A stretch of DNA of 64,000 bases, taken from the human T2T-CHM13v2.0 reference genome, Homo sapiens. The notes beneath the pieces were generated by a model that was not told the origin of the DNA, searched no databases, and saw only the letters and a program-made list of their open reading frames with translations. This document shows, in pieces, positions 47,115 through 62,839 of this stretch (the first letter of the stretch is position 1; every line of letters begins with the position of its first letter). A program made the translations under genes and the position numbers. The stretch lies in assembly GCF_009914755.1 (NCBI RefSeq), contig NC_060929.1; one strand, written 5' to 3'.

Positions 47115-47915
47115 CCCTGCTCAAGGCCTTGGGAGCCCACCCCTTGCATTGGTGTGGCCTGGATGTGAGACATGGAGTCAAAGGAGATTATTTTAGAGCT
47201 TTAAAATTTAATGACTGCCCTGCTGGGTTCCGGAATTGCACAGGGCCTGTAGACCCTATCTGTTGGCTGATATCTCCCTTTTGAAAAGGGAATATTTACT
47301 CAATGCCTACACACACATTATATCTTGGAAGTAACTAACTTGTTTTTTATTTTACAGGCTTATATGCAGAAGGGACTTGCCTCATCTCAGGTGAGACTTT
47401 GGACAGTAAATTTTTGAGTTAATGCTGAAATGAGTTAAGACTTTGGGGGACTGTTGAGAATGGATGATAGTATTTTGCAATGTGAGAAGCACATGAGATT
47501 TGGGAGGGGCCAGGGGCACAATGATATGGTTTGGATTTGTGTCCCCACCCAAATCTCATGTTGAATTGTAATCCCCACTGTTGAAGGAGGGGCCTGGTGG
47601 GAGGTGATTGGATCATGGGGGTGAGTTTCCCTCTCAGTGCTGCTCTCATGATAGTGAGTGAGTGCTCAGAGATTTGGTTGTTTAAAAGTGTGTGGCACCT
47701 CCCCATTCTCTCTCTCTCTTTTTCTCTTGCTCCTGCCATGTAAGACGAGCTTGCTCCTCCTTTGCCTTCTGCTATGACTGAAAGTTTCCTGAGGCCTCCC
47801 CAGCCATGCTTCCTGCATAGCCTGTGGAACTGTGATCCAATTATAAATTTCTTTTATTTATAAATTACCCAATCTCAAGTATTTCTTTATAGTAGTGTGA
47901 GAATCAACTAATACA
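47115..47915 (+). mobile_element. MST internal 3' fragment plus MSTA LTR (LTR 47522-47915)
   Basis: MaLR internal sequence ending in the PPT ggaggggccaggggcacaa, then tgatatggtttggatttgtgtcccc...actaataca. Confidence 0.9.
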
Positions 47916-49372
47916 TGCCCTTTGTCACCTTGCATTAAATTTATAAGTGTGGAAGTGTCTTGGTTAATCTTCAGATACTTGAAGAGTTCTCTAGGAATGT
48001 TACCTCCAGCAGATATCTTAGTACCCAGCACATGCAGGTAGTCAATAAATATTATCTTGAATGAAGCTAAAGATGGCATTTCATTTCTTCCAAATAGGTA
48101 TACTTCCTCCAATATATAGACTGTGTTATAGTATAATTGACAAGTATAGGGACAAAGAGGACCTCTTCAGGGAAATATCTGTTCACAAGTGGGAAGAACT
48201 GGCGAAGACTTCACATGGTGATTGTATGTGCCAATCCTGGAATATTGTTCATCGATTTATAAGTTTTCTTCTTCCAACATGTTTGACTGGAAGGAACATC
48301 TTACTGAGATTGGGAGACCTGATAGGACACCTTATTAGTTCTCCTGGGATTATAGAAGTTCATTCCAGAGCCACAGTTCTGAACGTCAAAAATTAACATT
48401 CCTGCTGGAGTGCCCTTCACATTAAGGGGTGATAGCCAGAGGCAGAATGAGAGCTCACGTCACAACTGACTGGGGCACACAATAATTAATAGAAACAAGT
48501 GGATGTGGGGTGGGGTAGGGTGGTGGGATTGAACCACAGAATGCTTTTATTTTATGTGCCATACAATCTGATGAGCTTGCTTTCACACACTTTGAGCTGC
48601 TGAGAATAACTGGGGAGGTGAGACCTGCAGACTGAGTCCAGTCTGGGAATGGGCAACCTGCAGGCACATAGTGGCCAAGAAGGGCTGTGTTCAAAGTGGC
48701 AGGAGGGAGTTCAAGAAAGCAAAACCCAGAACCACCATGGGGAAGGAGACTTTTGCTGTGACTTAATCAGATCTAATGGGAAACAACTTGGATTTCTTTT
48801 ACAGTTAAACATGAAAGCAAGAAGTGAGCTCCTTGTCTCACACCCAAACTACATTACTGACTGTGCTTTTGACACTCGTGTCCCTCAAATTCCTCATCTT
48901 TGTCTTTTCCTTTCCTCCCTATTTTACATATGAAATGAGCGAGTACTAATCACATTAAATATTTCAGCAGCACTGTTGAAGTGACATTTATCTTGGCAGA
49001 CATGAGCCAGTTATAGGGATTATTTTTAAAAATCTGGAAGGACTGCCTTTCCTGTGGTGCAATTCAGCAGACAGGGGCTGAGTGCCCGCTGCCCACAGGA
49101 TGTGCAATAAAGCTGGGGAAACAGTGCAGCACACACGGGGGCAACCGTTCCCTCTGATGGTCGCGGAGCTCACACCCGGGGGAGGTCTTACCCCTGCAGC
49201 AAGGGCACGGCTGGATTTTAGGAATATGGCTCTCTTAGCGTGGGATTCTCGGGCTGTGGAGATTCCAGTGGGTGGAAGGCCAGGCCCATCTCACGGTTTA
49301 GGGTCCAGGAAGCCCAGGTTCCATACCATGGAAAGGCAGCCCCCGGCTTGGGCTGGTCGTGGGCTTTCTCAC

Positions 49373-49472
49373 CTCCTTCTGAGTTCAGCTGGGCTGAGGA
49401 GGGCTGAGCTGCCAGGAGCTGGAGTAGCCAATGAAGACAACAAGCAAATGTAAGTACCAGTGAAGCTCTCAT
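49373..49472 (-). other. Candidate signal-peptide-coding exon of an unidentified gene or pseudogene
   Basis: ATG (G at -3) opens MRASLVLTFACCLHWLLQLLAAQPSSAQLNSEG; GAG|GTGAGA donor after 100 nt (phase 1); no homologue recognised. Confidence 0.35.
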
Positions 49473-49986
49473 CTCCCGCTGTGACCGTGTGTGCTAGAGG
49501 CTGACCAGGAAGGCAGCTGCTGGTGGGGCAGGTGGACCAGCAAAGGCGTGGGGGGTGCCTTACTACTAAGGGAGCCTGGAACAAGAGGCTTCTGCAGTTT
49601 TAGGGACCCCTGGCAAGAGAAGGGCTGGGGAGGAGAAAGTGCTAGGCGTGGACAATAACTGATGCCTGAGGAAGAGTGGGAGAAAGGATTCCCCTCCCCC
49701 AGTAAGGAGATCTCAGCAGAAAAATCTGAGCCTGGCCTCTGCTGAAGGCCCCAGATAGAGGCTCCAGATGGAGGCACCTGGGCTAGGAGCCAGCTCTGCA
49801 TAGAAGCACAGCCCTCTGGGGTAGGGGGTGGGCAGGGGCCAAGATCCTTGGCTGTAGCTGCCTCCAGAGCCTCCACACACTGGCTGAACCAAGCATGGCC
49901 TGGGGAGGGCCACCCCCAGAGCCTTGGAATTGCCTGTGGCCCGGCCTGGAAGATCACAGAGGGGATTTAGCCAGCAGCCAATGGCT

Positions 49987-49995
49987 CCTTTATAG
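49987..49995 (-). promoter_or_regulatory. TATA box candidate (CTATAAAGG)
   Basis: sits at the boundary between an AT-rich upstream tract and a GC-rich domain (49050-49990). Confidence 0.3.
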
Positions 49996-50139
49996 TGGCT
50001 AGAGTGGATATGATTATATTCCCAAAAGTAAAGAAGTTAAATTAGTAAAGTTAACATTGATGTGAAATATGAATGTTCAGAATACAATATTTTTTGTTTT
50101 TGAGGATAGTGGACCAAATTCAGTGTATGTGAATAGGTA

Positions 50140-50610
50140 TGCATACATATCCAATTATACATATGTTATAAATATTAATATTGTCTATGATATAGTATAT
50201 TTATAATATATAAATATGATATGTAATATATAAGATTTATAACCCATATTTTTCTAGAAAACATATATTTATAATATATAATATATTAATATAGAGTACA
50301 TATTTATATTGTATATAAATATATAAACAATATGAATATATATTTATATTATATAATATATAGTATACATAATATGTATATGTATGCATACCTACTCACA
50401 TACACTGAATTTGGTCTGAATACACTGAATATTTACCAATATTTTATATATAAGATACATATTTTGCAGGCTATAGATACATATAGACTGCAAAAATACT
50501 ATTGCAGTCTATACTAAATACTATAGATATAGAGAGACTGCAAAAATACTATAGCTCTAATACTATAGATATGTCTATACTAAATACTATGTATATATTT
50601 ATATACATAT
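50140..50610. repeat. AT-rich low-complexity (TA-rich) tract
   Basis: seen directly. Confidence 0.9.
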
Positions 50611-52017
50611 GGATTGTAAAAACACTATTGAAAAAGAACCCTTGCCTCTGACTCTTGTTTCCTTTCCCTTTTTCCTACTACCTGCCCCACACTCAACCTT
50701 GAGTAACTCACAAGTCACAAGTGTTGCAAAAACGGTTCTCCATGGTAACTTCCTGACAGTTATCAGGTTGGGATTAAGCCAGAACAATATCTACACGTTC
50801 CAACCACGGGTATAGCTGATGGTGAAGATGAAACCTGCTCCCTGGATGAAACCTGCTCCCTCAATGAAACCACAAGGACACCTGCTGCTCACTTCACCAC
50901 GTGCCCTGCTTCTGCTCAGAGCGTCACTTGGTCTTCAGGTGCTCCCCAAGGGACATCTCCAGGGAAGGCTTTCAAACTTTGTTTGAGTCATAGAAACCAT
51001 TTCCTTTTGATGCTATGAAATAAAAGTATGGGGACCTGAAAGAGGAAATAGCTGAAGACATAATTAAGTTCTTCTCAGAGGATATGCTATCTAAGCTGAG
51101 GCCTAAAGGTTGAGTAGGCATCAAGGAGGCAAACAGTGGGAGGGAAATAACTGGAGGTTTAGGGAACCTTGTGTCACTGACATATTAAATTTTACACAAT
51201 GGCCTCACCATGGAACTACCCCCCAAATAAACATACTCAACACTTCCAGCACCCCAAGACCATGGAGGTGTCCCTCCCAGAACTTTCCCACTCCAAAAGT
51301 ATTCTCAGCCTTTTGTCCCATAGATTTCCTTTACTTGTTTTTCTTAAAATTAACATAAATTGATTATGCAGTATGCACACTTTTTTGGCTGACTCTTGTC
51401 ACTCAATATTGTGACTGCACGTGGAGCAGTGGTTTCTTTTTTGACTTCGCTGTATCAAATTGCACTGTGTGAATATACCCCAATTTATCCACTCTGTTTT
51501 TGATGGACTTTTGAGTTGTTTCCAGGTTTTAGCTTTTATGAATAATGCTGCTGTGGACATTCATTTGCATGTCTTTTGCACATATGTTTCCATTTCTTTT
51601 GGGTTTGTACCTATGATTCAGGTGTTGCTGGGCATGTGCAGGTCGAGCTTTGCAAGATGTTGCCGAAAAAACTGAGTGGTGAAAGTTCCTGCAGAAATTC
51701 ACTCCCACCACCAGTATCTGAGAGAAGTTCTGGTTTCTCCACACCCTCGACAGTACTTGGTATTGTCTTACTGATTTCTTTTTAATGTTTGCCTTTTAAG
51801 GAGGAGTGTTATATCAAAACAATATGGTATATCATATTGTTGGTTTATATTCCATTTCCCTAATGAATTTTTAAACATTTAATGGTTATTTAATGTCCCC
51901 CTTTATAAAATGACAGTTCAATACTTGTGTTCATATTTTAATTGTGTTATTTTTCTTTCACTTATACATTTATTTATTTTTTTCTCCTTAGTAGCCAGCA
52001 CTGTGTTTTTTAAAAAA

Positions 52018-52795
52018 GTTTTTTATTTCTGTAGGTTTCTGGGGAACAGGTGGTATTTGGTTACATGAGTAAGTTCTTTAATACTAATTTGTGAGATTCT
52101 TGGTACACCCATCACCCAAGCAGCATACACTGAACCCAATTTGTAGTCTTTTATCCCTCACTCCCTTCCCATCCTTTCCCCTTCAGTCCCCAAAACCCAT
52201 TGTGTCATTCTTATGCCTTTGCATCCTCATAGCTTAGCTCCTAATTATGAACAAGAACATACGATGTCTGGTTTTCCATTCCTGAGTTACTACACTTAGA
52301 ATAATAGCCTCCAATCCCATCCAGGTTGTTGTGAATGCCATTAATTCATTCCTTTTTATGGCTGAGTAGTATTCCACAGTTTCTTTATCCACTTGTTGAT
52401 GGATGGGCATTTGGGCTGGTTCCACATTTTTTGCAATTACAATTGTGCTACTATAAACATGTGTGTGCAAGTATCTTTTTCATATAATGACTTCTTTTTC
52501 TCTCAGTAGATACCCAGTAGCGGGATTGCTGGATCAAATGGTAGTTCTACTTTTAGTTCTTTAAGGAATCTCCACACTGTTTTCCATAGTGGTTTCACTA
52601 GTTTAGACTCCCACCAGCAGGGTAAAAGTATTCCCTTTTCACTGCATCCATGCCAACATCTATTATTTTTTAATTTTTTGATTACGGCCATTCTTACAGG
52701 AGTAAGGTGGTATTGCATTGTGGTTTTGATTTACATTTCCCTGATCATTAGTGATGTTGAGCATTTTTTTCATTTTTTTTGGCCATTTGTATACA
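52018..52795 (-). mobile_element. L1PB 3' end (~780 bp)
   Basis: reverse complement of the same 3' region seen at ~45930-46710. Confidence 0.9.
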
Positions 52796-52920
52796 TTTTT
52801 AGGATGCCTTTATAAACTCTGGATATGAGTCTTGCAAAGATCTCTCACACCATGGCTTTGTTTTGTACTCTCTCTATAGTGTCATTTGGTGAATAAAATT
52901 TCATACTATTAATTTAGTAC

Positions 52921-53239
<319 letters not shown>

Positions 53240-55826
53240 TTAGTACAACTTATTGATCCTTTATGTAATGGTTAGTCCTTTTAGTGTCATGTTTGAGAAG
53301 TGCTGCCTGCCCCAAGAACATGAAGATATTTCTCTGTAATATTTTTTAAGCTTTATTGTTTTATCTTTCATAGTTGGTCTTTGATCCACATGTGATTCAT
53401 TTTCCTATAAGGTTTGATTTGAAGGTCAGATTTCATTTCTTTACCCATAGATATCCAATTGATTCATACAGTTTATTGAAAAGACTGGTCTTTCCTTGTT
53501 TCAAGTTGTTAAAGAATGAACAATAAAGTGAACTTACTAAAATAGAAGAAGAAAATAATAAAGATAAGAATACAAATTAATGAGAGGTAGAATCACAAAG
53601 GCATAGTTGATTCTTTTTAGAAGAAGAATAAATTAAATTTCTGGCAAGAATAATCAAGGGGAAAAAGAAGGATACACAAAAACCAATACAGGAATGAAAA
53701 AAGTGGTGAATGTACACGACCTGCACCTGTTAAAATGATGAAGACAAAGTACATGTATAAACTTAAAATACATTTGCAATTTAACAACAGAAAGTACATC
53801 TAACTTTGATATCAAATGCTGAGAAGGATACAGCAAAAAGTGAAATTACAGGTTTAAAGAAAACCTAAATAGTGATGGATTAGAAGACTCAATAGAGTAT
53901 ATCAACCCTCCCTAAATTAATCTAAGATTTTCATGCAATTTCAACTAGAATCTAAAGTGTATATTTTGTTATGTATTCATTCAGCTAAAATTTTCATTGG
54001 GATTGTATAAATTTTAGAGATCAGTTTAAAGAGAATTAACATCTTAACAATATTAAATTTTCTAATTCATGTACATAACTTACATTTCTTCTTATTTAAG
54101 TCTTTAATTTCTCTCAGCAAGATATTTTGGAGATTTAAGTATACAATTCTTACATACAGTTTGTTAAATAAAATGAAATACATGATGCCATTTAAAGTAG
54201 TATAGAAAGATATATCACGTACTTCATTTTATTTTCTAGATGTAACTCAAAGAATTTGAAAAGTCGAATTAACAACAAAATTCCCCAAACCTAGTTAGTG
54301 AAGGAATTCTGTCATATCTGAGAGAAATTGTAAATAATTTTCTTTTGTTTTATCAAAAGAAAACCCTACAAAATTATTTCATCCAATCTATAATTATTAT
54401 CATTATTTCTATATTATTGCTATTTAGAAAAAAATGTCAGAGGCTAAAACTGAAAGTGGTATAGTTTGTTAGCAAGTAACTGGCAAAAGTATTATAACTT
54501 CCTTATGAAAATTAGATCTATAAAATTGAACTTCATGGAAATAATGGCCATAAACAATAATTCTCAGTGCTAGAAGCTAAGTTTCATGTGTACAACAAGC
54601 TATTGGCGGACCAAATCATCAATATAAAATTTTCATAAATTAAAATTTACCCCAATACAAACAATTTTAGTAAAAAATGCATCCAGTTTTTAAAAAGACA
54701 ACCTATAATTGAAAAATGTATAAATTGTTGAGCTGCGCTACATACAAATTTGATCAAGGTTTAAGGAAGTAAGCTTTAGAAAGTACTTTATCCATCAGTG
54801 TTCTTTAGTGTTGGTGTGAACTTGATAAGAATGTTTTATCTTAACCACAAAGTCCATGTAGTCTTCAGATTGAAACACTGGGTTGAAATGTCTCATAATC
54901 CTCCACACATTCTGCCATTGCTAAGTCCTAGTAAAGGAGCTCTGCTTTCAAGCAAGAGACGAAGGAGAAGAGAACCACCTGGCCCTGCTCTGCACTCAGA
55001 CTCAAACAAGGAGCAAGAGAATTCATAATGATGGTTAAATGCATGCAGGAAAAAGAGAGAAAATCAGAGAAAAAGGGCACAAATCAGTCAGTTCCTGGAG
55101 GAGGTCTGAAACGAGCCGGCACAGGACGTATGATTAATGGCCCCATCAACAACCTCTAGCCAAGCCTAGGAACTACGCTCTGAGAGGACCTCCTGGGGAC
55201 TGGGGCACTGGCCATTACTGCCACATGGACAGCAGCTTCCTCAGTTAATTTAATGTTCACAGGAGCTCCTGATCCCTGCTGATGTTCATTAGCTATTCTG
55301 GGGCAAAAACATGAAGGGGTCGGCAGTGTATTCACAAAGCAGGTAGAAACTGTGTCTTGGAGTTAGAAAATCGCTGCATGCAAAATACCATGGCCCTAAA
55401 TTCAGAAGAGACTCACGGGAGGTGACACTGAAATGAGCTGCATTTCTAAAACCCACACTCTATTCTACAGAAACAACCAACAGGTTGAGTTCTCCAAGGT
55501 CACACAGCCAATTAATAGGACACCCAGAAGAAAACAGGCTACAGGACCAGTCTGGAAGTTTCCCTTGCCAACCATGGATCTCAGGATCCTGCAGCAGTGC
55601 GGGAGTTCCTGCACCAACTATGCTTTTTAAAAAAGTAAATAAATAAATAAAAATAGCATACATGAACCTACATACACATACTTTCTCTAACTCACGTATA
55701 TTCTGTTTTTCAAAAATGTAGATGCTACAATGATTAGCAAAATACAAAACCATTTCAAAGTGTCACAGGATTCGCATCTGTTATCATACTTCCTCAATTA
55801 GTGTTTATTAAAAGTACAACCATCTC

Positions 55827-56117
<291 letters not shown>

Positions 56118-57059
56118 AAAGTACAACTATCTCATATGAACTCCCCCAAAATGATATCGCAGAAGAAGTTTTACTGAAAATGTCCAGGAGCTACTACCCT
56201 GCATTCCAAATGCTTACTCACTTCTAACTTTCCATTCTAAAAGAAATGAGAGAAAGCAAGGTGAAATGCAAGAATGTTCGAGACTCCCTTCCTTCTCCAG
56301 TCTAAGATAATTAGAATATCTTCACGGATTTTGTTCAGTTGCCCATCTGTATGGTAAACAGTGAACACCCCACATTTCTTCCTGAAATGTAGCAATTGCT
56401 GTACCGACTTGTTACTCCCGGTGGAGTATTGTACCTGTGGATTACCATGTAAATGAGCACACAGATGTGCAGAAGAAAACAATCACTCTACTAAGGAGGA
56501 AATCTGGAACTCCAAACCATTCACATCTTTTTTCAGATTACAAATGACTTTGAAGACATCTTTAAAATAGAACAAATGGAAGAGCACTGTCACAGATGTT
56601 TTAATTATTTATCATTTAGAATCTATTTTCTTCTAGTATCGACAGAGGATTACATGTGTCCGAATACAATCTTCTACAAGCAACGTTTAGCCCAGTTGCA
56701 TCAGAAGGCCCATGAGCTGCACAGTCTTAAATTGGTGGACATTGAATTCCATCTGAGACCACCCCGGCCGGGGTTATGATTGGGGAGATAACATTTAAAT
56801 CAGCCGAGAACTACAACCTGAGGATCTACTATGTTTCTTAAATAGAATGTATAAGTGTTCTGAAATAGGAGCCATGTAGACAAAGCCTGCCTACTTGGAT
56901 CAATTTGTTCATATTGATGAACAGCGTTGAGCTATTAGATGAACTAATAATTATTTAAAATCACAAGTTGTCTATAGAATCCATTGTTTCAACTCTGGCC
57001 CTATACAAGTGCAAATTGTACTTTGTAAAATTCAAATGCAAGGCTTTATATTTACTTTA

Positions 57060-57270
57060 AGGTATCACAGGTCAAGTTCACCAGGGGATCAGACTTAGAG
57101 AAAGATATGTGCCTGCATGGTTTGAGGAAAACACCTGTGAGGGGTAAGGGAAGCAGGACTGTGCGGAGGAAGAAGATGATAGAATTATGCATCCTCACAG
57201 CAGCCTCAGCAGATCCCACCAGGAGTTTGGGAGCTGGCATAGACCTTTAACAGGGGTCCCTCTGTTTACA
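57060..57270 (-). mobile_element. Old MLT1 fragment
   Basis: aacacctgtgaggggtaagggaagcaggactg...gcctcagcagatcccaccaggagtttgggagctgg. Confidence 0.55.
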
Positions 57271-57479
57271 AACCCCATGACCCTCAGAACGTGCTCCTGC
57301 CACGAGACTTGTTGGCAGCTGAATAAAAGACCAAGTGCAGGCCAAGCGCAGACTACAAGAGCTACCAATAATTGTCAACATAATGATGATAAGAATAGGT
57401 CTCTTTTATTGAGAATTTACATGTGTCAGGTCCCAAACAGGGTACACTCTGGTCGTTTACTCCATATAACCATTCAATG

Positions 57480-57928
57480 AGTATATTCCCAGAACTGTTA
57501 CAACAAAGGTCCACGAACTGGGTGGTTTAAAGTAATAGATGTTTATTCTCTCACAACTCTAGAGGCCAGAAATCTGAAATCAAGGTGTGGGCAGAATTAA
57601 CTCTTTCTGAGGGTTCTGAGGAAGAACCTGTTCCTTGTCTCTCTCCTCCCTTCTGGTGTCGCTGGCAATTCTTGGCACTCCTTGGATTGCAGATGCCTCA
57701 TTCCCTCCTCTGCCTCTGTTATCACAGAACATTCTCCACGCCTGTGTCTGTGTCTCTTAAGGACACCAGTCACTGGATCAACTGCCTACTCTAATCCAGA
57801 ATGACCTCATCGTAACACGTTACACCTGGAATGGCTCTGTTTCCAAACAAGATCACATTCCGAGGTGCCAGGGATTAAGACTGCAGCATATGAATGGGGT
57901 TTGAGGGAACACAATTCAGCCTGTAGCA
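57480..57928 (-). mobile_element. MLT1C-like LTR
   Basis: tttattctctcacaactctagaggccagaaatctgaaatcaaggtgt...acacaattcagcctgtagca. Confidence 0.8.
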
Positions 57929-57969
57929 GTAGGTATTCTTATTGCTATTTTTTGTATAAAGAAATCAAC

Positions 57970-58570
57970 AGTATCAGCCAGGGCCCACTTAGGAAAACAG
58001 AAATCACACCAATTATTATAACGGAGAGAATTTAGTATGGAAAAATGAGTAAACAGGCATAAGAGCATTGAAAAGGTACAAGAAAACAATAACGCAAAGG
58101 TTGAACATGCAGGAAACAGCTTCCTTCCCTGGGATTGGCAAACCAAGTGAAAAGGCTGAGATTATTCAAGTTTAGGAAATTGGACGAGGGCATGAAGAGT
58201 TTGGAGCCACTGGTGCTGGGAGCACTGGAGCTTTAGAGGTGAGGGCTCATGACGTTGATACTTAAATCTCAGAAGTGAGGTGCTGTCTTGCTGATGCTGG
58301 TATCTTGAGGGGTTCACCGGTTTGGGAAGTGTGAATAAAAACCAGAAGCTGAAACTAATAGGCTCTGCATGGTGAGGGGTGTTGCTTAAATGGCCAAACG
58401 GGAGAGTTCATTCCCTCACTGCCCCCGGCCTGAGGCCTCCCTCTAGCGCTTTGGCAGAGCCTCACAGGGAGCAACTGGCAAAGCAGGAATGTGGTCTGCA
58501 GAGCCCCAGCCTCAGCCCACAAGAGTCCAGAGGGGCGAGCTTTCAGCCACACAATAGCTTAACAAACAAC
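57970..58570. mobile_element. Old ERVL-type LTR (LTR50/LTR41-like)
   Basis: ggcagagcctcacagggagcaactggcaaagcaggaatgtggtctgcagagccccagc resembles the recalled consensus. Confidence 0.45.
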
Positions 58571-59596
58571 TCACTGAGCTAGAAAATCCCAGCATGCAGC
58601 AGGTGGCAAGGCTAGGATTCAACCTAAATCTGTGCAACTCTGAACTCACCTCCTGACCATTGGATTTACCTTCCTGTAAAATGGATATTTAAGAATAGAT
58701 GAATATGTACTATTTTTATTCCTAAAATAATCATAATCCAAAAACCAATACTGGAAGAATAGCAATTTATCCTAAGCAATGAAAGCAAACCATCTTCTTC
58801 ATGACAGGTGTAATTAGCCAGCTGTGTGCCATGAGTAAAGAGTGGATTGTGCTCCCATATGCAGACCATATTCAATGTCAGGGATCGGCAAAAGAACTGT
58901 CCAAATGGAGGCAGGGCAGCCAGACTGCCGCTGACCTCACAGTAAGAGAAACACATAGTACAGAAGCCTAGTAAATTCAGTTAGCTTTTTCCAATTAAAT
59001 AAAGAGCAGAAGAAATTGGATTTAAGATTGTAACATGTGAAATGAAGTTAATAATCTAGAAGCAGATGAAATGTTCCTATGATAGGAAGCCAACTAAGCA
59101 AGTCATCTGGTAAAGAATGACAGAACACCAGCATTCCAACAGTGGAGTTTCTTAACGTCAGCAACACACACATCTTTCTGGGGCAGCCATACCTTGGCTC
59201 CGTTAACAGATATTTTCTTGAAATATTTAAGCTGAATGTTTGTAAATCAAATCGTATTTTGCCTACACATCTGTTCTGTCTCTGAAGCTCTCCATTTAGT
59301 AATAAATGACCTAGTAACCACACTGTCTTTATGCTCTACAGAAGCATGAATTTAAAGAAACTCCAGAGTAATTTACTCTTTCTTTACCAGACAATCGTAA
59401 AGCAGGAAATGTGTGTAATTGGCCCACTTTTCTATTCTTTTGTACACCTTTCAAGCATTAGAGACACTTAAGTCTTCTTTTCTGAATTTGTAAGATCATA
59501 ACAGTCTATCTGGGACCTTAGTCTTCACTCACTTGTTTATCCAACCATGAGGAAGAAACCATCACAACCTTTGCATAAAGAAAGAGGTAAGAGGCT

Positions 59597-59946
59597 CTCT
59601 TAGTTATTCGGGCTGCTATGGCAAAATACCATAAACTACGTGTCCTACAAACAACAGAAATTTATATCTCAGAGTCCTGAAGGCTGGAATTCTAGATCAA
59701 CGCAGTTTCGGTGTCTGTGAAGACCCATTTTTCTGCTTTTTCATTGTGTCTTCACACAATCGTGCCCACAATGAGGGGCAGGGCGTCTCCCTGGTCCTCT
59801 TTCATAAGAGCATGGATCCCATTCATGAGGGCACTGCCTTTATTATCTAATCTCCTCCCAAAGGCCCTGCCTTCTAATGACATCACATTGGGGATTAAGG
59901 CTTCAACATATGTGTTTGGGGTCGTACAACATGCAGTCCTTAACAG
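59597..59946 (-). mobile_element. MLT1A LTR
   Basis: tcttagttattcgggctgctatggcaaaataccataaact...aacatgcagtccttaaca. Confidence 0.8.
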
Positions 59947-60027
59947 AGGCATTAACTGAGGTAGACAGGGAGGGTTACCCTCTGTTTAATTTCCTGCTCT
60001 CTACGTGTGGTGAACTCTTGGACTTGA

Positions 60028-60656
<629 letters not shown>

Positions 60657-60849
60657 CTGCTTGTTTCCAACCCAAGACAGAAAAAACCCTGACCATCAAC
60701 AATGCATGTGCTACCATCAGCCCATTTTAGACGGCTCTGCACCCCTAACTCCATCCACGTCCACCTCCCCAGGGTGCTCACTGCTCCATCCTTCCTCTCT
60801 TCTGGACCCCTGGCTTGATATCCAAAGGACAGTTGAGAAGAGGGAGTAC

Positions 60850-61020
60850 AGGCTTTGGATTTAGGCAGTACAGGGCTCAAATTCTGGCTTCATCTCTTTC
60901 CACCCTTGAGACCTTGCTGCAAAAAATAATTTGATAATGCCGACCTTGGAGGGGTTTTATTGGAATTAAATGAGCTTGTATGAAGAAGTCTAACACATAG
61001 TTGGTGTTTAGCAAACAGCT
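60850..61020 (+). mobile_element. MIR fragment
   Basis: ggctttggatttaggcag...gggctcaaattctggctt...gaattaaatgag...taacacatagttggtgttta. Confidence 0.55.
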
Positions 61021-62186
61021 TCCTCATCTCAGCTCACTGGTGCTGGTTACACACGTTCCCTGGTAAGCAGGGTCTGAGAAAGACAGAGAGAAGCCTTTAC
61101 ACAGCTTGGCTACCATATCATTGTCTTCTGAGCTTCCGTTTAGATATCAAAAGAAAGTTTGATATAAAAATCCAGGTAAGTTCATTGGCAAATATACACC
61201 CCTGAACCCTGACTCAGCAGTATTAGAGTGACCAGATGTAAGGGTTTAGAGACCATCTGTGCCAGTCATCTTCATCTTCTAACCAGCCAGGGCATCTCCC
61301 TCAGATTGAACAGTTACCATGGGACAGGCAAGGGATGGGCATGCATTATCTCATTTAGCCCTCACAGCAACCCTAATTAGGTGAGAATTATCCTAATTTG
61401 CACATGGTAAAACAATTGTATCCAGGATCATCCAACCAATCAGTAGCAAAGTGAGGACTAAGGGTGGTCCAAGACTTTCCTGCCATGTTGCATTAAATCC
61501 TTTGAACCGTCTGTGAGTTTCAGGCAGAGCTGCTATCATTATTCTCCAGGGGTGGATTCTGAGTACCTAACCCCAGGCTGGTGTGTCTGTTATTCTATTA
61601 GAGGGTCAAGTGAGAATTTGAGTCTGATCTCATGTGGATCAGCTGTCTGACTGCAAAACAACCAAACAGACAAACACATACATAGGTGCATGCATGCATA
61701 CACACACAGGTAACTTTTCATCAGTGGAAGCTATGAGGAAGGCTGACATAGCAGAAATCCTTCTTACAAAGACTTACAAAGGGAGGCTTACAGTGCTACT
61801 GCTGGTGGGCTTGTGTTTATACAGAATCTTTTTGTTAGGCAACATCAGCGGGCTGGGATTGACATCATCTAATAGCAGGTGCAGTTTCAGGAGAAAGAGG
61901 CACACCCAAGGAGGAGCAAGGGAGAAGGGAAGAATGGATGCTCAAGGCTCATTGCTGAGGTTGGCTTTAGGTTTATGGGGTGTAGAGGGTCACATATCTG
62001 CTCCTCAGAAATGGAAAAGGTTTGAGAACCTTTGATTATCTGAGAGCTAATGGGTCTGTGTGTTTTTCTCTTAGTGCCCTGGGGAATAGAAGAGAATTAA
62101 GAGATTAGGTAGTTTACAGGAAGAAACCTGATGGGCTGTGAAAGCTCGAGGTCTCTCTTATTTCTTCTAGAATAAATAGCAACAGT

Positions 62187-62839
<653 letters not shown>

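Noticed and set aside
50827-50871. 18-bp period duplication gatgaaacctgctccct
   Set aside because: Ordinary short slippage duplication with no functional clue.
56237-56482. 81-aa minus-strand ORF or possible exon
   Set aside because: Non-ATG start, no convincing donor-acceptor pair and no recognisable homology.
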